The notes under the pieces are model-generated. The model had not been told where the DNA came from and ran no database searches. It saw nothing but the letters and a program-made list of their open reading frames with translations. DNA of 33,873 nt. It comes from Bugula neritina (lineage: Eukaryota; Animalia; Bryozoa). Of the stretch, positions 1-13,335 are shown piece by piece. A program made the translations under genes and the position numbers. Position 1 is the stretch's first letter. Every line of letters begins with the position of its first letter. Location of the stretch: positions 1 through 33,873 of the forward strand of contig CAXIUT010000024.1 of NCBI GenBank assembly GCA_964035545.1. The letters run 5' to 3'.

Positions 1-95
1 CCAACCCCAACCCCCCAACCCCAACCCCAACCCCAACCCCAACCCCAACCCCAACCCCAACCCCAACCCCAACCCCAACCCCAACCCCAACCCCC
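1..95. repeat. Left telomere, (CCCCAA)n
   Basis: Tandem C4A2 repeats at the 5' end, with one C6A2 variant near position 11; Tetrahymena-type ciliate telomere repeat. Confidence 0.98.
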
Positions 96-124
96 TTAAA
101 TATCTCATAAAGAAATAAATCATG

Positions 125-929
125 TCATTCTTTCTTGTATCTTGATAAATAGTCTACAATAACTTTATTAATACCCATTATTTCACGAGCTGACCATCTT
201 TTATTCGCATCTTTTACCATTGCTTTTCTCATTACTACTTCCAATTACTTATCGCAATATCCATATACTATTTCTTTGCTTGTTGCATTTTCCCAATACT
301 CAAATTTAGTTTTACCAAAAAAAGGAGATTAACTGAAGATCAGCTGATAGATACATACTCCTAGAGCATAGATGTCTACTTTTTCTGTAAAGGGCCTAAA
401 AAAACCATAAATTATACTTTTTCTCAATAATTTAAGGAGCCATGTAGGCAGGACTGCCAGCAAATGGTTGTGAATCATGATTTATCATCCATTTCCAAGT
501 AGAAAGACCAAAATCAATCAATTTTATTTGATTATTGCTTATCATAATATTTTGCAATTTAACATCTCGATGTATGATCCCTCTTTAGTGCAAATAGTCC
601 AAAGCTGAACATATTTGTACCACAATTTCCTTCAATTTGGTCATATTGACTCTATTTTTCAAGTAAGTAAGGTTCTATCCTTGACAATATTCCATTTGCA
701 GTTCATATCCTTGAGTTTTAGGATTGAATTAACCATATTTGTAGCTTACTATGTTTGGATGCTGACATATACTGAGTATTGATGTTTAGTTGAGCATGTA
801 GTAATAGCTATTTCTATTTTCCAGTCGATCTGAGTAAGTGTGAAGTACTTTTTTCGTTGCTATTTGACTAGAAGATTAAGGATTGATGACTACTTTAGAG
901 AAGTTACCTTGACCTACTTCGTTTTGCAT
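125..929 (-). CDS. Ser/Thr protein kinase (~253 aa)
   Basis: With TAR=Glu: GQGNFSKV, HPNIV, HRDVKLQN, DFG, YMAPE (E=TAA), KVDIYALG. Introns 396-417 (22 nt) and 154-174 (21 nt); spliced length is a multiple of 3; TGA lies 30 nt from the telomere. Confidence 0.92.
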
Positions 930-1404
930 TTTATTGATAATTGATATGATCTTCCAAATAATGGAACCATATCAATTCTCATTTTATTAATTATCAATTT
1001 TAGATTTTTGACAAATATAAAAAAATCATATTTATCTATAACTTGACTCCTCATGAAACTTAAGCCATTTATAATTATCCATTTTGCAACCCCTAACTTA
1101 AATCTGCCAATGTTTTCCCTCTTTTTCTTCTAATCATAAGCATCAAAACAGCTGAAACTTAATCCCAATATTCCAACCAAATTTAACACATAATAAACCA
1201 CATCACCATCTGGTAAGACAGTAATCATCAAATCATGGTTAATGAAAGCCAATTCGACAAATAATGGAAATAAGCATAACTTTAGATTAATCTTTTTAAA
1301 TATTTTTCTTTGTAATTATTTATACTTGATAGATAGATTATTTTTTATTTTCTTAGAATCTTGAATAAAATATATCTGCTTCCCAAAAGATTAATTTTAT
1401 TAAA

Positions 1405-2219
1405 ATGTCATCAACCACTTATTCCCACCAAAAAGACGAACATTTTCTTATCCCCTGTCCTAAAGGCTATAAATGCATCTGCACATTATGCCCATGCGGT
1501 ACTTCTCTCTTACTAAGGTCATCATCTCTGCCCGCGTACCCATGTACCAACCGATTTCCAAACATCATATGCCAAAAACTATCCACAATACACCATCATT
1601 CCAGTCAATACGCCTCAAAAAGTACAACATAACGAAAGACACTATAATCCTTAGGTGCTGAAATCAAATTATCAACAAAATTTTGTTCCACTAGATGTAG
1701 AGAAGAAAGAGTCAACAGGGTAGGCGGGACTTATAGCATCGAGATTGTCAAATTTAGGAGTATTTTAAGATATATTTTAGAAAGAAGTATTGAAATCTGA
1801 ACCTTTTTTATGCTAATACAGCCTATCATGATACCTACAAACCTTTTACTGTTGAACAAATAGAACAATAAGCAGGTAGTCGTGTCATTTCTGATCCAAT
1901 TCAACGTCCTCGACTTAAATTCTAAGGCGAATCATCATATAAATCTCAATTTCATCAAGTCTAAATGCCAAGAATCTAACGTTATAAACAGCCGTAGTAT
2001 AAAAATCAAGTACCATTTCAAGGAAGTTCGAGTTATAAGCAAGATTTTCCAACTTTTAATGTTAAACAACCTTTAGTTTTTTCTAATTCAAATCAAAGAA
2101 CACCTTTGAGACAAGTTCCATTTGAAGGCAGCTCGACGTATAAGAACAACTATGGAACTTTCAAGGTGATGTCAGAAGAGGAAAAAAGAAATTATTTTGG
2201 AGATAAACTACAAGTATGA
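1405..2219 (+). CDS. SAXO/FAM154-like stabilizer of axonemal microtubules
   Basis: N-terminal CICTLCPCGHHLC is restored by a 19-nt intron (1499-1517); repeated Mn-like units FEGESSYK, FQGSSSYK, FEGSSTYK; TGA at 2217. Confidence 0.85.
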
Positions 2220-2437
2220 GAGTTGATTTTTATTATATGTTTTATACTAGTAATATTAAAACACATTATAATAAAAAATAACTAACGACTAGCTTTCAAT
2301 ATTATGAAAGAATAAATTTCAACTCTTCTTCCTTCCATAAATAGATATTTACCTGTTCTGTTGATTTATGTGATCTTTAATACTATAAGTATGCTCCTGC
2401 GTCCATATATTTTTTAAAAAACACATTTGGAGTGTCA

Positions 2438-3144
2438 ATGGATAACCTACTTCCAACCTTCTAGCCCTACAAATAAAAGATCCCAGAGTTCATAATCAAA
2501 CTCTATCACATTCTTGAAGTATCTCCTCTTATAACAAAGCAATAGCAATACAGTGACTATCTGACATGGCACGGCCCAACCGAAATTCTCATAAAACAGC
2601 CAAAAAAACTCTAAGACAAAGTTCTCCCACATTTCTTCCGACACAAACATCTATCATCCTTTATCAGACAGCTAAACATGTACAAATTCAACAAGGTGGT
2701 GAAATTGGTAAAAGAGCGTAACCACATGTACTTCAAAAACCAATTTTTCAAGAAAGGCGATATGTATTCTTGATTTCATGCAGCAAGGAGCTAACTAAAA
2801 TCAAACGGAATAACAAGAAGTCAAGAAATGCGACTGCTTCACATTCTTAGTCAGATAATATAAGTATTGAGTAGAAGTTGGAGAAAAATAATCATTTGAG
2901 TGATTATAAAAATTATGTCAAAAATACTGTTTAAGAAATTGTGCATTCTTTGAGGAAATTGGAAGGTAGTTATCCGGAATTAAAAGAGGAGTTGACTGTG
3001 TCGTTAGGGAAGTGTAATTAGTTGATGGAAGTGCAACAGTAACAAGAAATTCATTCTGCAATTAATTTATCTTAGTCAGAAGTTGGTAAAAATCAAATGA
3101 GTGACAGATTCATGCCGTCTTTTCCGAGCAATTTTAACTTCTGA
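2438..3144 (+). CDS. HSF-type DNA-binding domain protein
   Basis: PEFIIKLYHILE...LPHFFRHKHLSSFIRQLNMYKFNKV followed by a coiled coil. Introns 2519-2539 (21 nt) and 2764-2783 (20 nt). Confidence 0.92.
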
Positions 3145-3281
3145 TTCATTTATCACTATATAACCATCAAAATAATCAAATAAAATATAAGAACAATTTT
3201 TTCTTTATTATTAAATCTATTGTTAAATTTCTTTTATCTTTGTTCAAATATTTAGATCAATATCTCACAAATAATTTTTAA

Positions 3282-3631
3282 TCAGATATAGATAGTCATA
3301 TTCAGAGGTATTATACGATATTCTTTTTCTATTAATTTTTAATAATAATAGAAACAAAATGAATCTGTAAATGCCAAACACATAAATCCCTTTATCACCA
3401 TCTAACCCTCTAACTTCTTCATCAATTAACCATTCACATCAATCTTTAGTCCATTCTGTTCAAAACTAACCCAGATAGTGTCGTATTTGTCTTTAGACAA
3501 ATGAATTACCTCTACTACTTGCTTGTGGATGCAAGGGATCAGTGGGTTACGTTCATGAGCAATGCATAAAGACCTGGATTATGAAAAGGATGTAACATAG
3601 TGGTGGGGTGATAGAATGCTAGATTTGCCAT
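3282..3631 (-). CDS. Hypothetical protein (~108 aa)
   Basis: ATG-to-TGA frame closes after removing a 23-nt GT-AG intron (3574-3596); no family recognised. Confidence 0.4.
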
Positions 3632-3727
3632 GAAGATTATTCTTATCAAAAACATAAATACAAAGAATGCAGTATAAATCATTTAAAATAAAAAATAACA
3701 AACAAGCCATTAAAAATTCTAACAATT

Positions 3728-4057
3728 ATGATTCTATACTTATCTTTTCTATCAGCTACAATATATTTCACAACACTTCTTCATTAAGCAAACAACCAAA
3801 ACGGACAACTAAGAGCCAAATTATATTTTAACTAGCATATGCAGGCAATATTTACGATATTGATCGTATTTGTTTATGTTGTGTTGGCGGTCGTAGGTGT
3901 ATCATTTTATCGATAGTATATGATTGAGAAGAAGGTGGAAATATAAATAATACCGCAGTATGATTATGATTTGAGTTCTACTGTTAAGGTCGATAAAAAT
4001 AAAAATAAAATTAATAAGGCTAGGAATTATAAAATAGTGCCTGTTCGGTCACAATGA
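3728..4057 (+). CDS. Small membrane protein, hypothetical (109 aa)
   Basis: Intronless ORF with a hydrophobic N-terminus and a TM-like segment AIFTILIVFVYVVLAVVGVSFY. Confidence 0.5.
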
Positions 4058-4100
4058 TGTCTATATCATTTATTTACTGAATATATGGCTGAATGAGAAG

Positions 4101-4951
4101 TCACTGAATGTTGATGTTGCTTCTTGAACGAGAAATAGTTACATGCAGCCGAACATAACGACGTATAGGATGATATTTCCAACACCTGAGGGTAAGATTT
4201 TGGGGAGTAATATGTATGATTGTTGCTTATATTGCTACCAACCTTACTTGAAACGATATGAAGTTTCGTCTTTGAGGTAGATGTTCAGTGCAAAAAAGAG
4301 ACAGGCTAGGCAGTGGACGATGAAGAATCCGAGTAAGTGGCCTGAACACATAACGAAAGAAGAGTATATCATGATTTCACCAAGATAATTTGGGTTTCTT
4401 GTGTATTTGAAAAATCCTGTGGAAATAAGTCCTAAATTAGAATGAATAAATACCTGGTTTCTTTTTTAGGGTGACATATTTTTGATAATCTGAACCCATC
4501 ATTAGCACTAATCCTCCCAGATAAACGGCAATGATGAAGATAATTCTTTATTTTGAGGGTTAGTTGATTCCATAGCCAGCGGCCAAAGGTACAGATATCA
4601 TCCAATATAGCCCAAGGAAGAAGATAACTCCAATTACTGAACCAATTGATGCTTTATTAGCGAATCTGGAGTCAGGAAAGGTGAGATCTTTAAAGACCCA
4701 AAAGTATCCATAAGTTCCATGGAGGAAAAGATACAAATACATGCCAGTTGAGTAGTTTTGATATGAATGCATGAGTAAGAGAACCCACAAGAATGTGAGA
4801 CCTTTAAAGGTATTGATGATATAGTTAAGTTTGATTATTTTAGGGCCCACTGAATGACATAATAAGTACAGAGATCGAAGAAGAGACAGTTTTGAAGAAC
4901 CACTAGATTTGAAACAAAAGGTGAAAGTTCTTTTGTTTTGGATTATGACAT
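4101..4951 (-). CDS. Steroid 5-alpha-reductase/DUF1295-like membrane protein
   Basis: LISTGFFKYTRNPNYLGEIMIY motif and several TM helices. Introns 4850-4869 and 4432-4453, plus a probable one at 4123-4142 (if unspliced, the stop is at 4049). Confidence 0.85.
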
Positions 4952-4995
4952 CAATTAGATATTATGATTATGATTAATAATAACAAAACAATCAT

Positions 4996-5286
4996 TCATA
5001 TTTTGAATATTTACCATTTATTCATAATACTTTCACTTTTATCTTGAATCTTACTAAAATATGTCTCTTCTCTTGATGATTTAGTCTGCAATTAGTACTT
5101 CTTCTTTTATTACTTTTATTTGTGGACTTTTTATTTATGCATTCTTAATGCTGCTTGTGCCGGTCTCCATTCTATATCTCTTTGTTATTGATTCAAAATT
5201 ATAAAGTTTTTGAAACAATTTAGCTGTTCTCTGTTGATATCCTAGTGATAGAGGTTCAAATTGTCTTCTTATGGATTTTTGTTCAT
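4996..5286 (-). CDS. Hypothetical protein (96 aa)
   Basis: Open ATG-to-TGA frame MNKNPEEDNLNLYHEDINREQ... that fills the space between two genes. Confidence 0.45.
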
Positions 5287-5331
5287 TAAAATAATATAAA
5301 AATATAAATAATATACAATATCAAAACCTAT

Positions 5332-5922
5332 TCAGGCTTCTATTAGAAGAGAACTTTTACTTTTGATAATTTCTAATATCGTTTATTTGAGAATCGATAT
5401 TTTTTCACTCTCTTCACCAGGTATATCAGTCCATAGTTACTCCTGAATTCGAGTTATTTTACTTAAAAGCTCTTGTTTCTTTTATTACAACTTTCCAATT
5501 ACTCCTTTTGTTCTTTTATCTTCTTTATTATCAACTTCCTAACTTTTAAATTTTTAAATTACTTCTTAAATTCTACTCTATCCTCGACTTTCTTTGACAC
5601 TTCTACTCCCTAAAACTCTTTTCATCATCATTCCTAACGCCAAATAATCTTTCTACTTTTTCTTTGCATATCTTTAAGCATCGAATCTTTTCCATCCTAA
5701 CTTCCCAAAACAACTCAATATGACTTTATAATTTTGCAACACTTCATACTCATTACCAGGTCTCAGATATACTTTCGATAGATCAACTATCTTGGGATGG
5801 TAATTATGCAATAACTACAAAAATATGTATCCAGAAGCTAGTTACTAACTCGATGATATAAAAAGATTTTTCTCTACTAGTTAAAGATTGAACCACTCGA
5901 CTAGTTGTACTTTGTTGTCCAT
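5332..5922 (-). CDS. Divergent EB1/RP-like calponin-homology protein
   Basis: QLVEWFN...EELASGYIFLELLHNYHPKIVDLSKV...NEYEVLQNYKVI matches the EB1-type CH domain; C-terminal coiled coil; 196 aa, intronless. Confidence 0.75.
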
Positions 5923-5983
5923 CTATAAATTTAAATATAGCTTTTATAAGATAATCAAAAGAGGCACATAAGTGATATAGAGA

Positions 5984-6259
5984 TCATATTGGATTCCAGG
6001 TAGAAGAACATAAAAGACAATTTTGATTCTTCTGACTATTGAACCATCGATCAAGGCAGTGTTTGTGGAATGAGTGTCCGCATTGACCTTTAGCTATATG
6101 GCATGCAATACTTGGATCACTGAGAAGGAGACAATGTGGACAAGTGCTGTCAAGAGACTATCTGCATATACTACAGGTAACTGAGACGGAATCAGATACC
6201 CAACTAGCGACTGCATTCCATTTGATGACTGAGAATACTGGTTTTGTTTCGATTTACAT
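5984..6259 (-). CDS. APC11/RBX1-family RING-H2 protein (91 aa)
   Basis: KWNAVASW...CSICR...CPHC...GQCGHSFHKHCLDRW...CLLC..W; the last zinc ligand is Cys, as in APC11. Confidence 0.88.
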
Positions 6260-6367
6260 TGAATTTTAACAAAGATTTTTAATTATTGATGGTGAGTAGA
6301 TTTGTGCATTTGTATCTAACTGAAATAGAAATGTATATTTTGATCTATAGTTAACAAATCAGTCAGT

Positions 6368-7243
6368 ATGAAGGGAAATTAGTTAGGATAAGATTTTTTT
6401 GATGGTTATTTTAAAAAAATGGCATAAGAAATGAGAGTAGATTATTAAGAAAATATTTCAAAGATAACTAGAACTAATCAGAAGTATATGTAGACTATTG
6501 GATACCTAAAAGATGTTATCAGACGACTTAGTGATAAATACAATCAGGTTTTATAGAGAAATAAGGAACTAGAATTAGAGATAAAAAAATACTATAAAAA
6601 TAATGGGATAGTAAATCATAATTAAAATCATAAGGAATCAAACAAATCTGAAGAGTATATCGTAAAGAAATTTAATTTACCTAAAACTAGTGTTAAAGAA
6701 CGTCCAAATTCTAGTTTTTTCGATCAATTTCCACCATATCCAACTCATAAACCAAAAAAGACTCGTTCGAAATGTCTAAATGACAGACAAGATCTTCATC
6801 TATAATATCGACTTATATCAACATTTGTTCAAAAGCATTTAGCTCCTCATCTACTTGAAGACAAACTAAAAAACTGTAAACTGCCTAAGACACCATTGGT
6901 AAACCTTTATCTTCGTTGGAGTCAGACACAAAATCATATATCAACACTCAAAAAGTTGAATATGATCGTTAAATGTCAAATAACTAATGAATTAAAAAAG
7001 ATTTTTCCGAATGTTGATCATAATGAGAACTATTTTAGAGGGTTGTTTTTCAAAAAAGAGCTGGGAGTCAATGAAAATCATAGTAAAATTAATTAAACTG
7101 TATCTAAACAGGAAATTAATAATTTTGGAGACAATGTTGATGAAGAGGAAGATATCTTCGAATTGGATGATATTAAATTAGAATATTAGGGCGGATGTGA
7201 TTAAAATGATAGTGATTTGTTTTAGGATTGGCCTAGTTAGTGA
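6368..7243 (+). CDS. Hypothetical coiled-coil protein (~291 aa)
   Basis: 876-nt TGA-free frame with an N-terminal coiled coil and an acidic tail; start uncertain. Confidence 0.6.
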
Positions 7244-7309
7244 TATTATATTTATAATTTTGATAATATTGAAGGATATTTATAATAGATATGATAAAAT
7301 CATAGCTAG

Positions 7310-8449
7310 TCAATGATATAGTTCCTGAACCAAGTCAAAAACTTCCTAAAATCTCCAAAACTCTTACAATCCAAACTGATTTCGACAAACTTCTCTCACA
7401 TCGCCATTGTGTTTCACTTATCTGTTCATAAACTTCTCCAAACCGATCAATTAACGATCGTTTTATCCCATAAAAGGCAATACAGGTATGCAGTTTTATG
7501 GGTGTTTGACAAAAGAAGCAGGATTAGAATCGATTAACACTGTATTGCGAAGATCTCTATTGAAGATCGAAATGTCTTTTGTTAGGATATTTTCAGTCAA
7601 AGAAGTGCATGTTTCATGACCAAAATATGCTGAAATCAATTGATTTTCTGGATCTATTTCTTGAATAATTTCTTGAAGTATGTTTTTGTTTAATCTACTT
7701 AAAACAATGATCTCAAAGTTCTTAGCTATATTTTTAAGAAAACTCAAAGCATAAGGTCTTAAACCAACAAATCCCTTCCCATTTGATAGTTAAATATCAT
7801 TTTTATTCTATTTCTGTTTTTTCCATTTTAACACCACTCCATCTAACTCCATCACTATTGTTTTACATTTTCTATATTTCTATTTCTTATCAATTTTTAT
7901 AACAGGTTGATCAATAATATTTGGATAAGTAACTAACATAGTCTTCTTCATCATCTCCATCACATTCCATAGATAATGACCAATTATTGATCTTTCATTC
8001 TTTTAGGCGAGGATAGATGAAGTGAAGTAACTTTTGTTTTTAGGAGTTGCCTTGATGTTTGAGTGGTCATCATCACATTCAACTTTATATAATGAGAAGC
8101 CACTCTATGAATAGTTGAAGATTTTTTGGCTAACACTGTGGTGGATAATAGGTTTTTTGTTCTTTTTGGGAGATTAGGACACTAAATTGTCATTTTTGGC
8201 ATCTTTTACTTTTTTCTATAGAATGGCCAGATAGTCAACAAGAGAAGCTTACATCGTGTTTCTTGGGTTTTTGATGACTTTGTTGAAAGAAAAAGGTGAA
8301 AGGCTTTAGAAGTATGATGGGTTATTGATTCTGAGAGTTAATGGAGAAGTTTAGTCCATAGTTAGAGAATAGCGGTTGCTTGATCTGGATAGAGTTCTTG
8401 TGGTGTCTAGGCTCTAAAGGTTAAGGTATTTTTTTGAAAGTTAGCTCAT
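7310..8449 (-). CDS. NIF/FCP1/SCP-type (HAD) phosphatase-domain protein with a degenerate motif I
   Basis: KTIVMELDGVV, LRPYALSFL, TKDISIFNRDLRNTVLIDSNP..F..HPENCIPV; 379 aa, intronless. Confidence 0.88.
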
Positions 8450-9117
8450 TTGATGGTGTTTTGTTTTAAATTTATAATTTCTGATCGATCAGGCAGTATT
8501 AAAAGAGTTAAAATTCCAGAATATTTCATGAAATTACTTCATTTTTCATTATCAACAATAAAATTATCAAAATGACATAAAATAAATAATACATAAAACT
8601 CCTATTGCTCTTCCAAACACTCTTTCCTCATTAAAATTCATATTAATTTTTGTTTAATAATATTTTTGTAAAAAAAACATGCATTAATCCTTTCAAAAAA
8701 TTGATAACTGAGCTTCTTGTTATGAATGATATTGTTTAGTTACTACTTGACTTTCAAGAAAAATATTTAGAAAAAGGTAAAACTACTTTATTTCTTTTGG
8801 AATAAAATCATTTGAATCTTATCATTCTCATTTTTCAAAATTCTTTTAAATCTTCTTTAAAAAATACTGTAAATATGTTCTTCTAAAGCATTAAATGATA
8901 ATAAAATTAATAAATTTTCTTTGTTTTTTTTTCATATACTTTAAATAATTTTTAAAGAATATTCAGCGTAAAATCAAACGATATTGAACAAAATAGCAAT
9001 CCAAAAGAATATCTAATTAATCAAAATATCACCCAATAATAGAATAAAACATATAGATAGTCTATATTAATTTTACTATCCCCAAATATAATTCAATAGA
9101 TAATTATAAAAATAAAC

Positions 9118-10550
9118 TCATTTATCATCTTTTTACTTGTCTTTATCTTTATCTTTGTTCAGACAACCCATGACTCCTCTCACAATCAAAAAAATACCTA
9201 CTATCACCACCAATATCACCATCAAAACCAATGGAATTTACTTCTAGTAATATTTATCAAAAAGAGGCAAATGGAAAACCTCTCTTATCTCAATAGCTGC
9301 AATATAACACTGCGAAGGATCAAAATATTGAGGAAAAGACCAAAGTGCCATGAAGCTAATCGAAGAAGAAGCCAGTAGCATCACATTACAGTTGAAAAGC
9401 AAGCTATTCATGTAGGTTTGATTGGGAACCATAGGGTGCAACTTGACTACATAAGGGATTCTGAACCCAAATATCAGGTATCCTTTCAGCAGACAGATTT
9501 GCATATAGATAACAAAGAGACCATAGAGAAGAGTGGCAATGAATTAGCCACCTCCACCAGCAAGATTGCTGAACCAACCATCCATGAAGCTGTAGAGAGG
9601 TTCACCATCAGGTTTTATGATATGTCCTAGCATCTGGAACAACCAGAAAATACTAATGATTGCTGCTAGTATGCCGAAAATGAGTGCTGCGATGAATTTG
9701 AGAGGATGTGTGCTGTCTCGATGCAAGTTACTATCCAATAGTTTATGTTAATCTTCTAACTAGTTTACCTTCTTTTTGTACATATCAATTGCTTTTTAGA
9801 ACTTTGATTATGTTTTCTTTTTGGCAAGCCAGTTGCCTTATACATTTTTTATTTGCTATCCTTGTTATTTTAGTTTTTCACCTTAAGTTATTAGTTCTGC
9901 ACTGAGGGTTTGAAGTTAGGTTTTCTTAGTGAAGCCTTATTATGTTGACATGGGTTTTGGTTTATTGAAAAAGAAAAAGATAAGATCTAAAGGCAAGAAC
10001 ACCATTCCGACTGCTCCATTGATAACTAGTACAAACCATCCAACAAAACTCAAAGATAGCATTACGTATAGCGATGAATGTATATATGATTCATCCTAAT
10101 CGATAGTAAATTTACCTAGCCAAATATAGCTGATAAATACAATAGCATTCCAGATACATGCTACGATGAATGCAAAAAGAACAGACCAAAAGATGCGACG
10201 AGGAATGGAATCATCAGGATCGGATTAGTAGAAGAAAATAGCTAAAGGATTGATGAAGCATATGAGGATGAAGATGATCGGATAGAGGATAAAGTATACG
10301 AGGTGGAAATTGCTTTAAGGATCAGCTCCTCCTACTCCTAGGTCGAGAGGGAGTAGCAATATTTGAGACCATGCAAGTGTTTGTGAGATGATGACGAGTA
10401 TTTTAGCGAACAAAGAGTTGCCAAAACCTTTTTATTATGCTAAATTGAGGTGGTAGTACGATGACAGTAGACACTGAAGAGATAGATGCTGACACAGATG
10501 ATGATAATCACTACCACAATGGGCACGATGATTTGAACTGCGTTTACCAT
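9118..10550 (-). CDS. LMBR1-like multi-pass membrane protein
   Basis: YCHPEEKGFGNSLFAKILV, LLLPLD, LHPMVPNQTYMNSLLFNC; intron 10440-10459 (20 nt); 470 aa. Confidence 0.88.
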
Positions 10551-10629
10551 ATCTATATTATTATGGATAGAAATTATAAGGTGATTTTTAAGAACAAGTA
10601 AGATTTTATTAACTTGATTAAATCAATTA

Positions 10630-13263
10630 TCATCCATTGCTAATAACTTTTATCAATTTGGATTATCGCCATATCCCTTATACTGTCTTCCCATCTTCTG
10701 AGTGGAATTTACCGAATCCTTGGATCTTATCTTCATGAAAATCTCCTTCAAACATCTCTCCGTTTGATAATTTGATCCTTCCTCGTCCTTCTTTTGTATC
10801 TCGAGCCAGCATGCCTTCATAGTATTACCAATAATCTTATAAAAAGTCAAAATTGGTGTAATCGAAAGGTCCACTCAAAACAACAGGATTATCATTGTAA
10901 ACTTTACCCAACCCATTGAACTAATCCTGTGCCCATTGCCCCTAGTATGCCAATTTCCCACCTTAGTAAAACAACTTACCAAACCCATCCATTTTGTTGT
11001 CTTTCCATTGACCTTAATAATACCCTCCATCTTGGTAATAAAATCGACCACGGCCATTTCGCATACCTTTATTCTTGAATCCCTCATATCTACTACCAGT
11101 TTAGTATTACTCCACGACATATTACTACTCTTCAATGGGTTAGTCTGACTTGGCTGAGTGGTCAGGTGTATCCTAATCTCGGACTTCGACAATAGTTGAG
11201 TTGTATTTATGTTTTCCAGTTGGACGAGGAGGTGTGTTCTCGGTTTATCTTTATGGTTTTTGAATTGATTATGGTATTGGCTATGAGTAGGAGTTGAAGG
11301 TAGTACTGGAATATGAATAGGATGGTTATATATGATTGTTTTATTGAGTTTTTGGAGACGAGTAAGTTTGTTTTTATGGTTTTTATTCATGTTTTTATTC
11401 ATATTTTATTTTAGGTTATTCCATTTTGACCATACTTTATTCATTACTGATAAATCGGTTGTTATTATTATTTCCAAATCTATCTTATAGAGCTACTTTT
11501 TATATTTCTACAATGGGACTAACTCTTGCTTACTTTATTTCTACTACTTATTTCTATTTTTTATTTTCTTCAAAAACTGGAATACTTTCTTTGAAAGTTC
11601 CATAAACCAGACTACCTTACTTACTTCTTGGTAAACTATTAGATGTCTAGGAATGCTTCATTGGGATAGTACTTTCATTTCTAAAGGAGATCGAGTTGGG
11701 AAGACTTGGTTATGGAGAACGATTGAAAGATGGATAGTCTGTAAGTTGATGAGTTTGTGATGATTTTGGCAGTTGAGATGAGAAAGTAGGTAGATTCTGT
11801 TATTCGTGGGACATGAAATCTTTAAAGCTGACAAATTTTTGAGAGTTTTATAATGATTTATTCGAATATTGATTGCTAACTTGAGGTTGATAAGTGTTAG
11901 TGTTAACAGTAGGTGCTGGTAGTGGTCGATAGCTACTATCAATTTGAGTACTAACTTGTCCGATATTACCATATTGTCTTAATCCAGTATTTTGATTAGA
12001 TTTACTAAAATTGATAGGAATGGGTTAACTGATTTTCTTTGATGCTTATATTTTAGTTGGGATATTGATAGGATCAACTTGTTTTGGTTGAACTTGGATC
12101 ATAGAGTTTTGATTGACTGATTGTTGTTATTTTGGTGATTTATAGGGCTATATTGATGATTTATAGGGTTAAATTGATGGTTTATAAGTAGAGTAGTTCA
12201 TTGGCTGATGAGAGGAATAGTTCATTGAAGAAGGTATTTGAGTATTTTGAGAAGGTATTTGAGTATTATTTGAGGATACTGGATTATTAGATTGAGTTAT
12301 AGTTGATTGACCTGGAATTCGCATGCTTCGAACTGGTTTTTGTTGTTGATTTTGATTATTAACAGTCATATTTGTTCCATTATGTTAATTAATAACAATA
12401 TTTCCATTGTTATTGTCTTCAATATATCTCAAAAATCTTTCCTGATAATCAATATTCCACACTTTAAAGATATCATCTCTACTTCTAGGTTATTTCCTCA
12501 TCAAAATATCCAATCCTTGTCTTAGCCCTCCATCTCTTATCTACCCAATCCTTCTCCCAATCTATCCACCATTAATTTATTTCCTCCCATAAATCCTATC
12601 CTTTCCACCCTTCATCTCTAGTCCAATCGCACCTACCGTAAAAAGATTAGATAAAAATTAGTCATATACCTCAGCTTTTCCATTCTCACCATGATATACA
12701 TTTAACTTTTAAGGTGAAGGGTAACTCGACATCAAATCAGTCACACTATCACGGCTATCTTTCTATGATGATTGACCTATCCATGGATCTCTCAAATATA
12801 TCTTTTTTGATTCTCTATCGATAACCAAACTTTCAGTATTTAAATTATCATAATCTCGTTTGAATCTCTATTTGTACTATCTCAATCCACAGAGATAGGT
12901 ATACATTACTTCTTTTATCTACTGTTACTCGAATCCTTTACCTTTTCTTGCTTCTATCTACCCTTTCAAAAACCAATCATTCTTCCCTTAGAAAATAAGA
13001 TAGTAATTTTCCTAGTTAGAACATACTCCTTCTTTCTGAACCCTTTGATGAGATATCAATTTTGATATAGATTGGCATTTTGTCTGTTGATATGCAGTTA
13101 TTATTTGAGGAGTTTTTGTGTTTTACAAGATGTTGGGAGATAGTTTATGAATTGAACAAAGTTTTTTTGTGCGATAATGATAGAGATAAGGAGAACGTTA
13201 TTAGTATTCACCTTTTAGTTCTTAATATAGTTGCTAGTCTGGATTACTGAAGGTTGTTCCCAT
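10630..13263 (-). CDS. Pseudokinase-like domain + low-complexity linker + MORN repeats (877 aa)
   Basis: Single 2634-nt frame. C-terminal MORN repeats (YEGQWKDNKMDGFGKL, YEGQWAQDEFNGLGK); N-terminal kinase-like remnants (YPSPE, SNLFTVGAIGLEM). Confidence 0.85.
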
Positions 13264-13335
13264 CTCTTCGTTCGAATCAATTTGATTTATATTGAATTAT
13301 CACTGAATATAACTTTTGATTAATCATATGAATCA

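Noticed and set aside
1000-1400. Open frames on both strands between the kinase and SAXO genes
   Set aside because: With only one stop codon, long open frames arise by chance; no motif or clear boundaries.
12633-12669. Apparent 37-nt GT-AG intron in the MORN gene
   Set aside because: The unspliced frame is open and encodes the kinase-like alphaF segment; splicing would create a TGA.
13317-13331. Short palindromes TGATTAATCA and TCATATGA next to the internal telomere as a breakage signal
   Set aside because: Not present at the other two telomere junctions; expected by chance in AT-rich DNA.
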